Source of the DNA: an uncultured Gemmatimonadaceae bacterium
Lineage (GTDB): Bacteria; Gemmatimonadota; Gemmatimonadetes; Gemmatimonadales; Gemmatimonadaceae
Direction of reading: 5' to 3'
Assembly (NCBI GenBank): GCA_963817955.1
Contig: CAWFQK010000009.1
Coordinates: 32,001 to 96,000, forward strand
DNA length: 64,000 nucleotides
The position numbers and the translations under genes are program-made. Below, piece after piece: positions 9,026-18,736 of the stretch; position 1 is the first letter of the stretch, and the number at the start of each line of letters is the position of its first letter. The notes under the pieces were generated by a model, which saw nothing but the letters and a program-made list of their open reading frames with translations, made no database searches and was not told where the DNA came from.

Positions 9026-11326
9026 CTACTTCACGATCTCAAATGGCAGTGCCGGCAGTATGCCGGCAACCACTCGCTGGCGCTGCGGCGGGGCCTGTCC
9101 AGCCGGCCGCTGCGCATTCGCCGGGGGAACGCGCTCCCCGGTGATCTCCACGATCAAGTTCCCGCGCACCCCTGGTTTCACCTTCGCTGGGTCCACGGTG
9201 AGTGAAAATGTGATGCCCGAGGCGTCTAGCGTCGTGCCGGTCAGCGTGACTCCATCTGGCGGTTCACTCAGTCGGCATTGGATGGTCTCCAACGTGCGGT
9301 AACCGGGCGGAATTGCTGCACGTACCTGCACCGTTCCTCCGGTGGCGAACCGGAGCGGCAGTGGCGTCACCACGCGCGACGCCACCATGGTGCCGCCTCG
9401 AGCCAGCACCGACACCCAGGTATCATCGGCTGGGACGAGATGACGGTACGCGAACGCTTGCATCATGTCGTCCGCCGGGACCGCGTCATGCGTGACGGTG
9501 CGCCCGGCGATCGTCGCGTGTCCTGAGAATTGGAGTGCGACGGGCATTGGCGCGGCGCCTTGCCCGCCGATCGCGCGCACCGCCGCTGGCGCTGTGAGCG
9601 TCGTGCGGATCTGCTCCTGTCCCGCGGGTATGACACCGCCGCTGAAGAGAAAACCGCGCGGGGCGTTCGCCAGCGCCACGGCAATGTCCCCAGCAAAGCC
9701 GTCGCGCCGTATGGCGGTGACGGTCACTGGAACGGAGTTGCCACCCGGCACGCTGATGCTCGACGGTGACACCCGGAGCTCGAAGTCCGGTTGTGGGCTG
9801 CTGATGCGCAAACGGTAGGCGTACTCCGGTCCGCCGTGCTGCTGTACGTCGCGCAGTTGCACGTAATACGTACCGGCCGCTGGCAGCGTCGCCATCAACC
9901 ACGAGTCGGCGTGATGTGTCTCGAGCCCCGCGCCCTTGTCTTCGTGATCGTCGTTCCATGCCAGGCGCTTGCCGGCGGCATCGGACAGCTCGAGCACTGC
10001 GTCGAGCGGCGACTCCAATCTGCGGGCAGTCACCTCGGCAACGATGGTATCGCCGGCCTTGCCGGTGAAGCTGAAGATGTCCCGGTCGCCGGGATGGTCG
10101 ATGCGTCCGTTGATGATGACCGGAAGCGCAACGGATGTCGCGCGCGCGCGCGTATCATTCGGCTCCCGCTCGCTCACTTCGGGGAACGTATCGAGCGCAA
10201 CGGGAAGGCTGTTCGAGCGGTGAGCTCCGATTGCCGCGGCGATGGACGATCGGCCGGCTCGCTTGTTCGTTGCGTCCAACACCGTGCGATTGGACGCGAG
10301 ATTCCATCCGGTGAGCGCCAGATCGGTTCGCGCGCCAGCGCGCCCGCCGAGCGGATACACGCTGGTGAGGAATGGAAGCTCGCCGATGCTGATGCGGTAG
10401 ACGAAATCATCTCGGCCCCGATACAGTGCATCCTTGATCTCGATGACATACTCGCCATCCGCCGGGATGTCGTATTGAATCACGGGGTCCGGATGGAAGC
10501 GATAATCATCGTTGTAGGCGAGCTCGCGGCCGTGTGCGTCGTACAGCGTGAGTGTGGCCTGGATCCACCCGGGTACGGCGTCACCGAGATACGGCATCAA
10601 GGTCCGCGCATCCACCGTGGCGACCAGGTGCAATCCCTTTGGCGCATGGAAGCGATAGCGATCGACGTCGCCCGACGCGAATTGGTTCTGTGCGGCCTGC
10701 GGAGTCCGCGCACGAGCGATGTCGCCGGGAATGAGACGACCGTTGACGACTGCAGGCAGGGTGATCGCCAATTCGCCGTCGGCCTTCGTTTCCTTCCGGG
10801 CTATCTCGCGAAACTCGGGGAGCTGTCCCACGCAGAATACGAGAGGACTCGTGAGCCCGACCGGCGTCTGCAATCGCAACCGGCGTTGGCCCGGCTCCGC
10901 GTCCCCAGCAATGGTGACGTTGAGCGTGACGATCTCGGCCAACGAGGGATTTTGCTGGCGCCGCACGGACTCGATGATCGTATCCCGGATGGCCAGAATG
11001 CGCCGCTGCGTTGCCGGGTCCGCGCCCTGCTGCTGAATTCCTTTCACGAGGGCTTGCACGGTGTCGCGCAGTGCAGTGAGGGCCTGGCCAAGTATGGGCC
11101 GGTCCACGCCGGCCACAGACACGCTCACGCCGGTGCCCGACACGAATGCTCCGCCCACGCCGTTCAGATACTGCCCCCCAACCTGCACTTGAAACGTGGT
11201 GCCTTGCTGGCCTCCGGCTGGATAGACGTATCCGGCGTGCGGTATCTGCGCGGTTTGTTGCGCCCGTGCCGGCACCGCGGCCACCGTGGTCGCGACGAGC
11301 ACACCAGACAACGTGAGCAGTCTCAT
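9026..11326 (-). CDS. Secreted PPC (pre-peptidase C-terminal) domain protein
   Basis: Signal peptide; YVYPAGGQQGT, GDVDRYRF, EREPND, PGDRDIFSF, YAYRLRI...PDFEL. Typical partner of DUF1501/DUF1553 operons. Confidence 0.85.
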   Translation of the reverse strand: MRLLTLSGVLVATTVAAVPARAQQTAQIPHAGYVYPAGGQQGTTFQVQVGGQYLNGVGGAFVSGTGVSVSVAGVDRPILGQALTALRDTVQALVKGIQQQGADPATQRRILAIRDTIIESVRRQQNPSLAEIVTLNVTIAGDAEPGQRRLRLQTPVGLTSPLVFCVGQLPEFREIARKETKADGELAITLPAVVNGRLIPGDIARARTPQAAQNQFASGDVDRYRFHAPKGLHLVATVDARTLMPYLGDAVPGWIQATLTLYDAHGRELAYNDDYRFHPDPVIQYDIPADGEYVIEIKDALYRGRDDFVYRISIGELPFLTSVYPLGGRAGARTDLALTGWNLASNRTVLDATNKRAGRSSIAAAIGAHRSNSLPVALDTFPEVSEREPNDTRARATSVALPVIINGRIDHPGDRDIFSFTGKAGDTIVAEVTARRLESPLDAVLELSDAAGKRLAWNDDHEDKGAGLETHHADSWLMATLPAAGTYYVQLRDVQQHGGPEYAYRLRISSPQPDFELRVSPSSISVPGGNSVPVTVTAIRRDGFAGDIAVALANAPRGFLFSGGVIPAGQEQIRTTLTAPAAVRAIGGQGAAPMPVALQFSGHATIAGRTVTHDAVPADDMMQAFAYRHLVPADDTWVSVLARGGTMVASRVVTPLPLRFATGGTVQVRAAIPPGYRTLETIQCRLSEPPDGVTLTGTTLDASGITFSLTVDPAKVKPGVRGNLIVEITGERVPPANAQRPAGQAPPQRQRVVAGILPALPFEIVK

Positions 11327-12642
11327 ATGATCTCAGTCAGTATTCCGCCCGCGTTGAGGCCTTCGGCGGGTCCGGGAATGGCACGCATGTCGAGACCCTG
11401 TGGATGCGGCAGCTTGGCATTCGGATCGATGCCGAGCAATTGATAGATGCTGGCGATGAGATCGCTGGGCGACACCGGCCGGTCGCGCACCTCTTCGCCG
11501 CGAGCGTCGGACGATCCGATCACGTGACCGCCCTTGAATCCGCCGCCGGCGACGAGAGACGAGAACACGGCACCATGATGATTGCGGCCGCCGTTCCACG
11601 GAGCCTCCCAGTCGATACGAGGCCGCCGGCCGAATTCGCCGCCACACCACACGATGGTGCTGTCCAGCAACCCGTGATCGGACAGGTCCTGCAACAACAT
11701 CGCGAGACCCTTGTCCATCTGCGGGAGCTTCTGCCGCAGAATCTGGAAGTTCTGCTTGTGGGTGTCCCAGCCCTGATAGTTGATCGTGATGTACGGCACG
11801 CCGCGTTCGACGAGCCTCCGGGCAACGAGACAGGATTGTCCGAAGGTGTTGCGCCCGTAGCGGTCGCGAAGGTCGTTTGGCTCCTGCGAGAGATCGAAGA
11901 CCTTGCCAGCGTCGCCGAGGATGAGATCGTAGGCCTGGTCCTCGGAGTGCGTGAATGCGTCGAGCGATGCATCGGCGTTCAGGACGTGGCCGATGGTCTT
12001 GAGCTGGCGCAGCAATTCGCGGCGGCTGCGCTGCCGATCATCCGAGATGTTCTGCGCCACGACGCCTTCGACGACGAATCGCGCCTGCGCCGGGTCTCCG
12101 CCGGTCGCAAAGGGGGCATAGCGCGGTCCGAGGAAACCGGCTTCAGAAAATCGCCCCTGCGGTTGGGTGAGGACCACGTACGGCGGAACGAGACCCTTGT
12201 ATCCCGCATCCGCGCCCTTGAACAGCGATACGACGGCGCCAGCACAGGGAAAGACGTCGTGCCCGTTCGACTTCCGGCCCGTCTGCACGGTATAGGACGC
12301 CGTCTCGTGGGCGTTGATACCGTGGGTCATGCTGCGGATGATCGAGTACTTGTCGGCGTGCTTGGCCAATTCCGGCAGCAATTCGTTGATCAGCATGCCA
12401 TCGACATTCGTGGCAATCGGCTTGTTGAACGGACCGCAGTAGTCGTAGCCGGCATCCGGCTTGGGGTCGAACGTGTCCAGGTGGCCCGGACCGCCCCACA
12501 TCCAGATCTGGATGACGGACTTGGCCTTGGTGGCGCGCGCAGGCTCGGCAGCCCATGCGGCGCGCGGGAGCTGGTTCGCGACGAAGAGTGCGCCCGCGCT
12601 CAGCAGTCCGTGTTTCAAGGCATCGCGTCTGTTCATGCTCAT
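11323..12642 (-). CDS. DUF1501 domain protein (Tat-exported)
   Basis: MSMNRRDALK Tat motif; KSVIQIWMWGGPGHLDTFDPKP, YGRNTFGQSCLVARRLVERGV, GWDTH, GEFGRRPRI, GRNHH. Confidence 0.92.
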   Translation of the reverse strand: MSMNRRDALKHGLLSAGALFVANQLPRAAWAAEPARATKAKSVIQIWMWGGPGHLDTFDPKPDAGYDYCGPFNKPIATNVDGMLINELLPELAKHADKYSIIRSMTHGINAHETASYTVQTGRKSNGHDVFPCAGAVVSLFKGADAGYKGLVPPYVVLTQPQGRFSEAGFLGPRYAPFATGGDPAQARFVVEGVVAQNISDDRQRSRRELLRQLKTIGHVLNADASLDAFTHSEDQAYDLILGDAGKVFDLSQEPNDLRDRYGRNTFGQSCLVARRLVERGVPYITINYQGWDTHKQNFQILRQKLPQMDKGLAMLLQDLSDHGLLDSTIVWCGGEFGRRPRIDWEAPWNGGRNHHGAVFSSLVAGGGFKGGHVIGSSDARGEEVRDRPVSPSDLIASIYQLLGIDPNAKLPHPQGLDMRAIPGPAEGLNAGGILTEII

Positions 12643-12662
12643 GGCGTGTCCCTGGGTGAGGC

Positions 12663-14216
12663 CTAGTGCCGGTAGAGAAATTCGGGCGAGTTGATCAGCG
12701 CCCACGCGACGTCGATCGTGGTCGTGCGCCGATTGTTGCTGACCGACGCGGCGTAGGTCAGACCAGCTTTCAGCTCGTCGGCACTGGGCGAGCGTGAGAG
12801 AATCATCATGTAGAGATTCGTCACCAGCTCCGGCAGCCCCATGGGCGCGCGCACCAGCGCCTGCAAGGATTGGCTCTGCTCCAGCTTCCGTTGGATCTGC
12901 GTGGAGTTGAGCAGCGCGAGGCGCGCCGGGGCAGTTGGCTTGTTGTCGCGCTCGGACGCGGTGCCAAGATCTCGCGGTGAACGACCAAAGGTCTTGAGCA
13001 GCTCGTTCGTGATGCTCCCGTCGGCGAGCGTGATCGTGCGGCGACTTTCGGGCACGAAGGTGAATGGCTCCGGAATCGGACTGGAGTACTGCTCGGTTCC
13101 GCCGGTGATCTGATCGATGGCATCGATCAGCACCTCCGCATCGAGCGGCCGCTGGATATAGTGCGCGAAGTTGGCGTCGGCCCGTGCGTCGGCCGTCCCG
13201 GCGACCGCCGAGCGCTGGTACGTGGCCGACGTCAGAATGATCCGCATGAGATGTTTGAGGTCGTAGTGCGACCCCACGACCTCCTGCGCGAGATACGCCA
13301 GTAGCTCCGGATTGGCCGGCGGGTTGTCGGGCCGCATGTCGTCTGGCTCGGCGGTGATGCCGCGGCCGAGCAGCCACGCCCAGACGCGATTGGCGATCGC
13401 CGGCGCAAACCAGGGGTTCGTCGGTGCCGTGAGCCAGTCCGCGAAGATGACGCGCGGGTCCTGGTCGAGCGAGAGGGCGATGGTCGTGCCATCCGGGAAG
13501 GTGGCGCGACGTGGACCCGCCTTGTCCGGATCGAAGAACACGATCTCTTCCTTCCACTCCTGTGTGTACTTGTATGAAACATTCGCGAAGAACTCAGCCA
13601 TGCCGGCAAGGCGCGCTTTGGGCCAATGCTCCACGCGCGTCCCCATGAAGGTGAGCGCGACGGCCGCCGCGAGCGCCTCGGGCTGGCGACTCTGCACGGC
13701 GCGATAGAAGTTCACCGGCGGTTCGCGGAAGTTGCTGCCGCTCGACGTGAGCAGATCGCGGGCAAAGCGATCGAACGGGGTGTTCGCGCGAATGCTCGCC
13801 CGGATCCAGTGGTGGTACGACTGGACGGCGTTCGGCCAGAGGTTGATGGGATACTCGGACTTCACGCGGAGCACGTCGCTCCACTTCATTGCCCAGTAGT
13901 CGGCGAACTCGTCTCGCTCCAGGAGTGCGTCGATGAGCTTCTCGCGTTTGTGCGCGTCACGGTCGGCGAGAAAGGAGCGTGCTTCGTCGGCGGTTGGCAA
14001 CGTGCCGATGACATCCAGGTAGACTCGCCGGACGAACACCTCGTCGCTGCTCACGGGCGCCGGCTGAATCCCGAGCCGCTTGAGCTTTGCCGACACGATC
14101 GCGTCGATCTTCGAGACGGCGGGTGCACGGGCGGGAACCGTCGAGGCGCTCGCCGGGCAGGGTGCGACGGCGAGCACGGTCAGGACGAGGGCCAGGCGAA
14201 TCACTCGACGTGGCAT
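12663..14216 (-). CDS. DUF1549/DUF1553 domain protein
   Basis: FVRRVYLDVIGTLPT, LIDALL..EFADYWAMKWSD, ANRVWAWLLGRGI, PPANPELL, LINSPEFLYRH. Confidence 0.92.
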   Translation of the reverse strand: MPRRVIRLALVLTVLAVAPCPASASTVPARAPAVSKIDAIVSAKLKRLGIQPAPVSSDEVFVRRVYLDVIGTLPTADEARSFLADRDAHKREKLIDALLERDEFADYWAMKWSDVLRVKSEYPINLWPNAVQSYHHWIRASIRANTPFDRFARDLLTSSGSNFREPPVNFYRAVQSRQPEALAAAVALTFMGTRVEHWPKARLAGMAEFFANVSYKYTQEWKEEIVFFDPDKAGPRRATFPDGTTIALSLDQDPRVIFADWLTAPTNPWFAPAIANRVWAWLLGRGITAEPDDMRPDNPPANPELLAYLAQEVVGSHYDLKHLMRIILTSATYQRSAVAGTADARADANFAHYIQRPLDAEVLIDAIDQITGGTEQYSSPIPEPFTFVPESRRTITLADGSITNELLKTFGRSPRDLGTASERDNKPTAPARLALLNSTQIQRKLEQSQSLQALVRAPMGLPELVTNLYMMILSRSPSADELKAGLTYAASVSNNRRTTTIDVAWALINSPEFLYRH

Positions 14217-14226
14217 GGCTTAGTCG

Positions 14227-14847
14227 TTACCTGCGCCGGTCGCGCGGCATGACGGCGATTGCTTCGATCTCGATGAGCAGGTCCTCGCGGCACAGACGCG
14301 TCTGGATGCCAGTGCTCGCGGGGAGCGGATCGAGGCCGAGCCACTCGAAGAACTCCGTGCGGACTTCATTGAAATCCTTGTAATCACGCTCGATGTCGCG
14401 CAGGTAGCAGCTCGTGCGAACGATGTCGTGCCAGCTCGCTCCGTCGGCTGCGAGCAACTCGGAAATGTTGCGATAGGTTCGCCAGAGCTGCGCGCGGAAG
14501 TCGCCAACGTTGACCGTGCGTCCAGCCTCGTCGATGCTCGCGGTTCCGGAGATGAGCAGCACCGTCTTGTCGCCGAGATCGAAGCGGATACCGCGGGAGA
14601 AGGACGATGGCTTTGCGTAATCGAACGCTTCATTGAGGACGCCGGTCGCGTGCATAGCATGCCGCTCGATGATATCCAGCGTGCGTGATGCGTCGCGAAC
14701 GGATGCCGGCGTGCGCGTGCCTTCCTGCGTGATCATCCCGAGGGCCTGCATCTCGTCGTATTCGGCGCGGCCGAGGGCGTTCTCGGTGATGTGCGACGAA
14801 GGGTGCGGCGCAGTTGCCTCCGGATGGTGCTTGCCGTTGGTAAGCAT
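14227..14847 (-). CDS. Rid (YjgF/RidA) family protein, FkbO/Hyg5 C-terminal-like subtype
   Basis: PSSFSRG...LLISGTASID...GDFRAQ...LCREDLLIEIEAIA. Start uncertain. Confidence 0.8.
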   Translation of the reverse strand: MLTNGKHHPEATAPHPSSHITENALGRAEYDEMQALGMITQEGTRTPASVRDASRTLDIIERHAMHATGVLNEAFDYAKPSSFSRGIRFDLGDKTVLLISGTASIDEAGRTVNVGDFRAQLWRTYRNISELLAADGASWHDIVRTSCYLRDIERDYKDFNEVRTEFFEWLGLDPLPASTGIQTRLCREDLLIEIEAIAVMPRDRRR

Positions 14848-15008
14848 GAGGCTCGAGCGGAGAGGAGTGATGAATGTGGACCCTCGGATGACGACGCGAC
14901 GCGACTGTTGTTTGTCGGGGATTCCCTGATCTGCGCATAAGGAAAAACCAATGGTCACGGGATAGGGTCATCAGACGTAAGCACGCCCTTGCAGGGCTTC
15001 CGCGTTCC

Positions 15009-15410
15009 CTACCTGCGGCGTAACGGTACGAGCTCTTGGTGGGCCTGGTCGTAGAGATACGGAACCCGGTTGGGGACGCGCTCCAGCAAGCGCTCATCGA
15101 GGGCGCCGTAGTCGTATGCCACGAGCGTGCGCGCCGTACCTGGATCGGCGACGTTGGCCACCAGGGCGTATGTCCCAACGTGGTCCGGAGCATACCGGAC
15201 GAATACGATACGATTGCATTGCGGGAAGCTGCGCGATCTGCGTGCGGAAGCGGCGAGTGGCAACAATGCGTTGTTGCGTGATTCGCTGCGCGGCCAACAC
15301 GTCACTCATCGCGGGCACGAGCGCGATGATGACCAGCGCTGCCGTGGCGAGGGCGCTCTTCGTTGCGGTGCGTGCCTCCTGATAGACCGGCGAGCCGTGG
15401 ACGCGTCACG
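15009..15410 (-). pseudogene. 3' remnant of a membrane-protein gene
   Basis: TM-like ALATAALVIIALVPA, then in a shifted frame IVFVRYAPDH...YDYGALDERLL..VPNRVPYLYD. No start; upstream is the heptamer array. Confidence 0.45.
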
Positions 15411-15420
15411 GGTGGAGGAC

Positions 15421-15514
15421 ACGAGACACGAGACACGAGACACGAGACACGAGACACGAGACACGAGACACGAGACACGAGACACGAGACAACGGGACAA
15501 CGGGACAACGGGAC
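15421..15514 (+). repeat. Tandem heptamer (acgagac)x10 followed by (aacgggac)x3
   Basis: Counted directly from the sequence. Confidence 0.95.
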
Positions 15515-15584
15515 AACGGCCGACTACGTGTTCATGACCTTCACATGGGTCGGGTGAGACTGAGTCGGGTTGGGCTCCGTGTCT

Positions 15585-15742
15585 TGACTGGCCGGATGTC
15601 GCTGGCTGCTCCGTAGCGGTCGGCCCACCGGTCGGCGAGTTTCGAGTGTCCAGTTGTGAGTTGTGCGTTGTGAGTGTTCCACACTCGTCTCCCGTCTCCC
15701 GTGTCCCGTGTCCCGTGTCCCGTGTCCCGTGTCCCGTGTCTC
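15585..15742 (-). repeat. Interspersed heptamer-array + hairpin repeat, copy 3
   Basis: Same core as 784-900, with an expanded (gggacac)n arm starting a few bp after the Rieske gene stop. Confidence 0.9.
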
Positions 15743-15747
15743 TACCC

Positions 15748-17863
15748 TCACGAGATGTACAGTGTCGTATCCCCGGCGTTATAGGAAACCGTGCGCGCAA
15801 CGAGGTTCGTGGTTCGTTGCGGTGAGGACGGAAGAAGCTGGCCCGCAGAATCGAACAGCGCGTTATGGTTGGGGCAGTGGAACGCGGATCCCGTGCTGTG
15901 CCAGTTCTCTATCCGCACCGTGGTTCCCTGATGTGGACACCGCATTGAGAACGCAGCAAATGTATTCGCGCCAGTGCGAACGACGGCAGTCGGCGTGCCC
16001 TGAACGACGCCGACGCTGCCCGCTATACCTCCCACGGTGGCGAGTGTGGGCCAATTGGCGATGACCACTCCAAGCCCCGCCGGGCTCACGGCGAGCGTCA
16101 CGGCCACGGTCTTGGCGGCTACGCCTACGGCGGTGATCTGAACCGTTGCCGTGTACGTTCCAACGGAGAACGTGCTCGAGGCCGCTCGTAGGGTGAGCGC
16201 GGCCGGCGTTGTCGTGGTGTTGAGCGAGGACCCACTGAGCCACCCGGTTGCGCCAGATCCGTAGGTGACGCTGAACGCGAGGCCGCTCAGTATGGCGCTC
16301 CCACTACTCGTGATGTTCACCACCTGTCCGCCCGGGCTCGTGCCGGCGGGCGCGCTGAATGACACGCTCGCCGGCGACAGCACCAGCGCGGAACTGGCCC
16401 CGACTGTGAGCGTCACGGCGACAGTCCGCGGCGAATTGGCGACGCCGGCAGATGCCACCGACACCGTCGCCGTATAGGTACCAGGCGGCAGCGCCAGTGG
16501 AGAGGCGGTGAGTGTGAGAATCGCCGGCGCTGTCGTGGTGGAGAGCGCGGCCGTCAGCCACCCCGAGCCGCCCGTGCCATACGCGATTGCCGCGGTGAGC
16601 CCGGCGATGGTGCTGCCGCCGCCGTCTTGCACATTGATCGTTTGGGTTGCGGTGCTGCCGCCCCCTTGCGTCGTCAGGAATGACGCCGTGGTCACCGAAA
16701 GCGCCAAGCTGGGTGCTGCATTCGCCGCGGCCACCGTGAAGGTGACGGCAACTTGCAGCGGCGAGTTGGTCGCTCCGGACGCGACGATCGGAACCGTCGC
16801 CGTATATGTTCCCGCGTTCAGCGCGCCGAGCGTTGGCGTGAGGATGAGTGTAGAGGGTGCGGTGGCCGAGGTGAGTATCGCGCTCGAGCCACCCGGCGGC
16901 GCCCGCGCCGAATGCGATCGTTCCGATGCTGAGCCCCGCAAGCGTTCCACCGCCAACGTTCGTGATGGCGAGCTGCTGCGCCACGGGGCTTGCGCTGCCG
17001 GCCGCGGCGGCGAATGCGACGTTCGTCGATGCGACGGCGATTGTCGGCGCCGCCGCGGTAGACGAAACGAGGAGGGAAACGGGGAGCGCCTGCGGCGCAT
17101 TGACGGCCGTGGGCGCAGTGATCTGCACCGTCGCCGTGTACGCACCGGGGGCCAGCCCTGCGATCGACGGTTGCAGTGTGAGCGTCGCCGGGGCAGTGTG
17201 CACGTCGAGCGTGGCGGCGAGCCAGCCGCTTGGCTGAGCCAGTCCGTACCCGACGACGATATCCAGTCCCGATAGTGTTCCACCGCCCGTATTGGTGATG
17301 CTCGCCGTCTGCACGGCGGGATTGGTTCCGTTCTGCACGGCGGCAAAGACTTCGCTGGTGGGACTGACCGACATGCTTGGCGCCGGTCCCGCGCCCACAG
17401 GGCCGTTGATCGTCACGGTGCCGGCGTTGGGGTCGAACGTGACGCCCAGTTGCGTCAGGTCGCCCGTTTGATGGCCGCCGATCCACGTGCCGTCCGCCGC
17501 GAACTCAGCAAGATGGCTCGGGCATCGGAATGCCGGCGATCCCGCCAACTCCACGATCGCACCTTGATGCGGGCAGACCAACGAGACCGCCTCGAAGGAC
17601 GCGGTGCCGGTGCGAACGAGAGCGACCGGCTGTCCGGTGCCGCCGTCGAGGCGGGCCATGCCCCCGATCGGGGCAAGTTGAGGAAAGTCTGATAACTTGA
17701 TCGTGAAGGGCGTCGTGGGGAACGGATCGGTCGGATAGGTACCACCAATGTTGCGATCGCCGCACGCCGAGAGCACGAAGGCCCCGATCGTGCCGAGCGC
17801 GCCCCGACTGATGAACGCTCGGCGCGGGAGATTTCCGCCGCATGGGCAGTCTGGCGAACACAT
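15748..17863 (-). CDS. Tat lipoprotein with two Rieske [2Fe-2S] domains separated by four BACON/Ig-like repeats (one frameshift at ~16885)
   Basis: RRAFI...LSAC; CPHQG...FRCPSH and CPHQG...FHCPNH; four GWL...TAPA.LTL...GTYTATV-type repeats. Two track ORFs join if one base is removed at GWL/SAIL. Confidence 0.85.
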
Positions 17864-17920
17864 TGGATTACGGAACCAACAGCGAGTGTCTACGCCGCAT
17901 GTGACGACTGGTGGCGTGAG

Positions 17921-18568
17921 TCAATCATGGCGGAACGGGGACAGCATCATGACGTAGCTGACGACTGCGGTGCTGATGGAGCCGAGCGCGATGTCGCGGT
18001 GCAGCCGCCGAAGCTGATCCGATCGCTTTGCCTTGGTGGATAGAATTCCTGTTGCGGTGAACCCCGCGTCGGCAGTCAGCATGAGGAGGGCGTGTGCGGT
18101 TCGCCATCCGCGACCCGCTGGGTCGTTGCGGCCCGCCCAGAGATTCCAGCCGCCCGTCACGGTGTTCACGACAAAGAGCGCCGTGACTCCCGTCGCCAAC
18201 GGACCATGCGTATCGATTGCCCAACGCGGCGCCTGGTTGCCGGATTTGAGGAGTTGGCTTCCTGTGACGTAGTTCCCGGCGAAGAGCGGCAGCGTCAGGT
18301 AGCTGGCCCACCGATGAATAGTGAGACGACGGCTGTACCAGTCGCTGTACTCCACGGCAACCACGCGCTTCCGGCGCACCGTGTCATTGACCGTGGTCGT
18401 GACGGTCGGGTCCGGCACGAGGCTCCGTGGCATGGCGGGCACGGCCGGCGTCGTTGCCGCGACGACGTCACAAGTGAAGCGGTCCAGGTCCGCGTTCGCG
18501 TTTGCCGTCGGTGGGTTGATGGCTCCAGCGAACCACAGTCCGCCAGCCAACACTACACATTCAAGCAC
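17921..18568 (-). CDS. Hypothetical membrane protein, four helices each with a His (cytochrome b-like?)
   Basis: TIHRWASY, DTHGPLA, TAHALLM and RLHRDIA precede four hydrophobic segments. Confidence 0.7.
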   Translation of the reverse strand: MLECVVLAGGLWFAGAINPPTANANADLDRFTCDVVAATTPAVPAMPRSLVPDPTVTTTVNDTVRRKRVVAVEYSDWYSRRLTIHRWASYLTLPLFAGNYVTGSQLLKSGNQAPRWAIDTHGPLATGVTALFVVNTVTGGWNLWAGRNDPAGRGWRTAHALLMLTADAGFTATGILSTKAKRSDQLRRLHRDIALGSISTAVVSYVMMLSPFRHD

Positions 18569-18611
18569 TCGTTCTCCCCGATGGTCTTCACGGTTGACGA
18601 CAGAGGCTGAT

Positions 18612-18643
18612 CCAACGTGACTCTCTATCTAGAGTCACGTTGG
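18612..18643. promoter_or_regulatory. Perfect 13-bp inverted repeat (operator or hairpin)
   Basis: CCAACGTGACTCT-ctatct-AGAGTCACGTTGG. Confidence 0.55.
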
Positions 18644-18736
18644 CGCGACTTTACCCTGTCAGCGATTTCGTGGCAACCGGAAGGGACCCGGGGCTCCGCT
18701 ACGAGTGTTAGCCGGCGTCGGGCCGCATTGAGGATT

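Noticed and set aside
9791..12666. Long plus-strand ORFs (550 aa, 420 aa) and similar ones at 18617, 20301, 25777 and 50833
   Set aside because: Antisense shadows of real genes in high-GC DNA, with no recognisable motifs.
11323..13557. 744-aa DUF1501 ORF as given in the track
   Set aside because: The first ~300 aa overlap the DUF1553 gene in another frame; the Tat signal starts at 12642.
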